NCBI RefSeq assembly: GCF_964204645.1
Contig: NC_134034.1
Location: 11,668,962 to 11,732,961, forward strand
Source: Tubulanus polymorphus
Taxonomy: Eukaryota; Animalia; Nemertea
Reading direction: 5' to 3'
DNA: 64,000 nt
Below the pieces are notes generated by a model. The model searched no databases. It was not told the origin of the DNA and worked only from the letters and a program-made list of their open reading frames with translations. A program made the position numbers and the translations under genes. This document shows, piece after piece, positions 60,047 to 64,000 of the stretch. Position 1 is the first letter of the stretch, and the number at the start of each line of letters is the position of its first letter.

Positions 60047-63000
60047 TTACATATTCAAATTTAAGGAGCCGAGAAATTTCTTTGCGAGATTTCGGCTGGC
60101 TGATCGCTTTCCACGTCCTCCTGGTCCATTCTGTGCTCCTGGTCCATTTTGCGCTCCTGGTCCATTCTGTGCTCCTGGTCCATTTTGCGCTCCTGGTCCA
60201 TTCTGCGCTCCTGGTCCATTCACCGCTCCTGGTCCATTCTGTGCTCCTTTAGGAGGTATTCCAGGGTTCGAGCAGCCCGTACAAGTACACGAGTCCGGGA
60301 CTTCGTATTGAATCGATTTCGTCGAGCCATCGGCTGGAAAACAGAATATGACAACATTTCACCAACTGCTTCCTTGCTATTGCTATGATTATGATTTAAG
60401 ATCGTTAGATATTACAAGAAAATAGCGCTGTGTAGGATGATAAAATTTACAATATATAAAGGGTTTTGAATTAGCAAGGTGGGAGAACACGTCCTTCCGA
60501 GGAAGGAAGACGTTCAGTATCATAAATAAAGCGAGTTATCTCAACTTAATCATTCGAGTTTATTACGATTTATTCAATCTAAAAACATCTAATAAGGTTT
60601 ATACGCATGAATCCAGGGATGGAAATCCGACACAGCAGTATTTACGTCAATACATTTTAGTCAGCGTTCTAGAATCATGTTTACTTACTACAAGTAAGTT
60701 GCAATGATTTCTTGGACGTTGTTAACGGTTGGCAACATTTGCAGTCTGCTACAAGTTTGAATACTCCTCCTGCCGGTCCAGCGGCGAAGTCTACGGCAGC
60801 ACCGCCCGCGCATGTACCCGCGCAGGATATTACATCTACAGGACCGCTTGATTTACATTTACCGACTTTGACTTCGATGCTCTGTGTTTTCGGTTGACAA
60901 GTTGGCACTACAACAACGATTAGTGGACCATTTATTCCCGTTATACTACATCAATGCCGTTTAATTGTGAATATTTGATATACTTTTACTTACCGCAGAC
61001 CGGGCAGCATTTACCGACTACATGTTCCAGACGACCCTGAATAGATGAATACAACTTTTCAATCAATGTTGTTCAATAAGAACGAATAATGAAACACCCG
61101 ATTATAATTTGATATGTTCAAAAGGCTATCTTCCCACACAATACCTAGATTAAGACCGTTCTTAGACTTTCAGGTTTCATTGCCACTGATTAAATTAACC
61201 AAACTAACATAACGCAAGCTTTAGGAATGTGTGGGTCATTCTAAGTATGACCGAGTGCACATAGCCCTGTTCATGTAATGGTAGTATAACGTACATTATC
61301 ACAAGTTGTGTTACAAGTATCTCGTTTGTCTGTACAGACGATATTTCTATCAGAGTTACAAGTGCAGTGGTCACACGTCGAGTTGCCTTCGTTCCAAGTT
61401 TCGTTGACCTGAAACATACGAGAAAAATTGCAATAGTGTAATAATCATTTACAATGAACTAATTGATGAACCACAATCGATGATATAACGCCAGGAGAAG
61501 ATGGACACCTTCGTACAATCCCCTAAGTGACATCACTGGTAGAGCGCTATTACATAAAATTGCGTATGATTAACCAGGGCATTGAAACTGCAGGGGTAAG
61601 TGGAAGTCAATGATTACGTCAATAAGCAATTTGATGCTGACAAAGGTTGTTTCTCATCCTTTTATGAAGTTTAGGTAAAACTCGTATTTCGAACCGTCCT
61701 CCGTTTAATCACATACCTTTCGAACTTTCTGGTTATTGTCAACGCAATATCCTGCAGTAGGCGTAACTGAAAAAGAAAATTGATTTCTATAAAATGCCCA
61801 CGACAAGATCAAAATGCAAAACGAATACTCTCAAACACGCCTACCTGGAGTTGAAGACGGTGACGTGGTTGTAACGCTAGGTGTTGTACCAGGCGTTGTG
61901 ACGGTAGATGGCGTGGCCGGTCTTGACGGGCCGGTTGTTGGTGGAGAGGCAGAAGATGGTGAAGGTGATGTCGCAACGGATGGCGTTGTCGGCTGAGACG
62001 AAGGCGCTGAATAGTAAATTAAATAAAGCAAATATAAATGTGGATGCAAGAGGTTATTGCCGTTTTACCAGAAGATAGGAAATGAACTCTATAGGAAACG
62101 AACTAACAACATCGTGGCAAAATTGATCAATGTTATCCAAGCACGAAACCTTTACATTTGAATATGGTTGATATACCAGAAGGTTTAGTCTAGAGATTAG
62201 AGTAAGGTCGTCGGATAGCATTTCGTCCTTGTATACATTTCATCAAACAGGAAAAGATTTATTCGGGTCACAAAACACATGAACATAGAATGCGAGGTTT
62301 ATTTTTATTGTGATGTGCTTCATGTTTGGTTCAACACATTTCGACAATGTGTTTTACAAAGTGCTTCTTCGTGTTGAAAGTTTTGTTTTTTTCTAATTGA
62401 AGTGTATATTCCTGAAATGAAATAAGCAATTCGAATGTGAAAAAACTGGACGATGTCAATGCAAATGAACTAGTGCAACACAATAATTGCGATTGCAATT
62501 TGAAATTATGTTTTAAATATTAGTGAATCATTTACTGCGTGATTATGAATATGATTACCTGGCTGTACGGTTGTTGTAGCTCCAGCTTTACCTACACAGG
62601 CGGCAAACACTTCCAAATGATTGATAGCATACATCGTTTCAGTCGGGTCATAGGTTAATTTGGGAACGAACAACAGTTCAGCGACATTTGTCAATGGTGG
62701 ACTGAATGAAATGCTGGCATTCATGTTATCAAAAGATTCATTTGTCGCAACTTTTGTAAACGATGTCTGTCCTGTTTTCTTGACGAATACATCGGCAGTA
62801 AATACGTTTCCATCTATTATGATTTCGTGAACCTCTGCAGCTCCATTAGAACTAGGAGGAAGGATAAACGTTAGATTTGCATTCGTTTTGGACTTCGGAA
62901 CTTCCCATCCATTTCCACTTCCAGATAATAGAGATTTCACATCAGTGTTCGGGTCCGTAATAATTCCAGATTCAGTGACAATTTTATTTGATATGACATC

Positions 63001-64000
63001 TTTTACCGGTTCCTTACAAACAGCTATAAAAAGGAAGAAAAGGTAAAATGTTCATAAATTTGTAGGAAAAAATTGAAAATTATTTTCCTTCAGATATAAT
63101 TCAATAAACCATGACTCACGTGGTATCGTAGTAGGCTTGACACTTGGTGTTGTAGATGGTGTGCCTGGTGGAGTCGTAGTTGTAACAGGGGGTACTATGG
63201 GTGTTGTAGCAGGAGTTCCCGGTGTGCCTGGTGGAGTCGTAGTTGTAACAGGGGGTACTATGGGTGTTGTACCAGGAGTTCCCGGTGTGCCTGGTGGAGT
63301 CGTAGTTGTAACAGGAGGTACTATGGGTGTTGTAGCAGGAGTTCCCGGTGTGCCTGGTGGAGTCGTAGTTGTAACAGGAGGTACTATGGGTGTTGTACCA
63401 GGAGTTCCCGGTGTGCCTGGTGGAGTCGTAGTTGTAACAGGAGGTACTATGGGTGTTGTAGCAGGAGTTCCCGGTGTGCCTGGTGGAGTCGTAGTTGTAA
63501 CAGGAGGTACTATGGGTGTTGTACCAGGAGTTCCCGGTGTGCCTGGTGGAGTCGTAGTTGTAACAGGAGGTACTATGGGTGTTGTAGCAGGAGTTCCCGG
63601 TGTGCCTGGTGGAGTCGTAGTTGTAACAGGAGGTACTATGGGTGTTGTACCAGGAGTTCCCGGTGTGCCTGGTGGAGTTGTAGTTGTTATAGGAGGTACT
63701 ATGGGTGTAGTAGTAGCACCAGCTTTGCCCACACATGCGGCAAACACTTCCAAATGATTGATAGCATACATCGTTTCAGTCGGGTCATAGGTTAATTTGG
63801 GAACGAACAACAGTTCAGCCACATTTGTCAATGGTGGACTGAATGAAATGCTGGCATTCATGTTATCAAAAGATTCATTTGTCGCAACCTTTGTAAACGA
63901 TGTCTGTCCTGTTTTCTTGACGAATACATCGGCAGTAAATACGTTTCCATCTATTATGATTTCGTGAACCTCTGCAGCTCCATTAGAACTAGGAGGAAGG
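60047..64000 (-). CDS. Gel-forming-mucin-like secreted protein, 3' part (repeated globular domain, Pro/Thr repeats, VWC, cystine knot)
   Basis: Exons (-): 63120->64000, 62559-63023, 61845-62006, 61717-61766, 61295-61408, 60994-61036, 60689-60907, 60047-60333, frame-consistent. 19-aa PTS repeat; VWC (ETWNEG..CDHCTC...CCPVC); CTCK (CAGTC...CKCCQP...LTC.DG...SCTC..C). Confidence 0.87.
63140..63712 (-). repeat. 57-bp coding tandem repeat (TTPIVPPVTTTTPPGTPGT-PG/PA), about 10 copies
   Basis: Alternating PGTT/PATT units give a higher-order repeat. Confidence 0.9.

Overview
AT-rich, intron-rich animal genomic DNA, probably an invertebrate (inference from gene content and repeat types). I assembled spliced genes by hand from GT-AG boundaries and protein motifs. 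In order: the 3' end of golgin-245/GOLGA4 (GRIP domain, +); a complete gamma-tubulin (10 exons, -) head-to-head with a complete CDCA7 (10 exons, +); an 11-exon, 591-aa gene fusing two bacterial-type transferases, TIGR04282/DUF2064 and the TIGR04283 GT2 family, both linked in bacteria to arsenosugar biosynthesis; a Mutator-like transposon with TIRs and an 8-bp TSD; an intronless SLC46-like MFS transporter (-); WIP/verprolin (+); and the 3' part of a gel-forming-mucin-like gene (-). Introns and intergenic DNA hold many MITEs, minisatellites and a 1.44-kb tandem macro-repeat. The two best leads are (1) the spliced animal arsenosugar-type double transferase and (2) several minimal hammerhead ribozyme motifs of the Penelope type, including a 7-copy tandem array at 119-585. 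No database searches were run, so family assignments come from recognised motifs.
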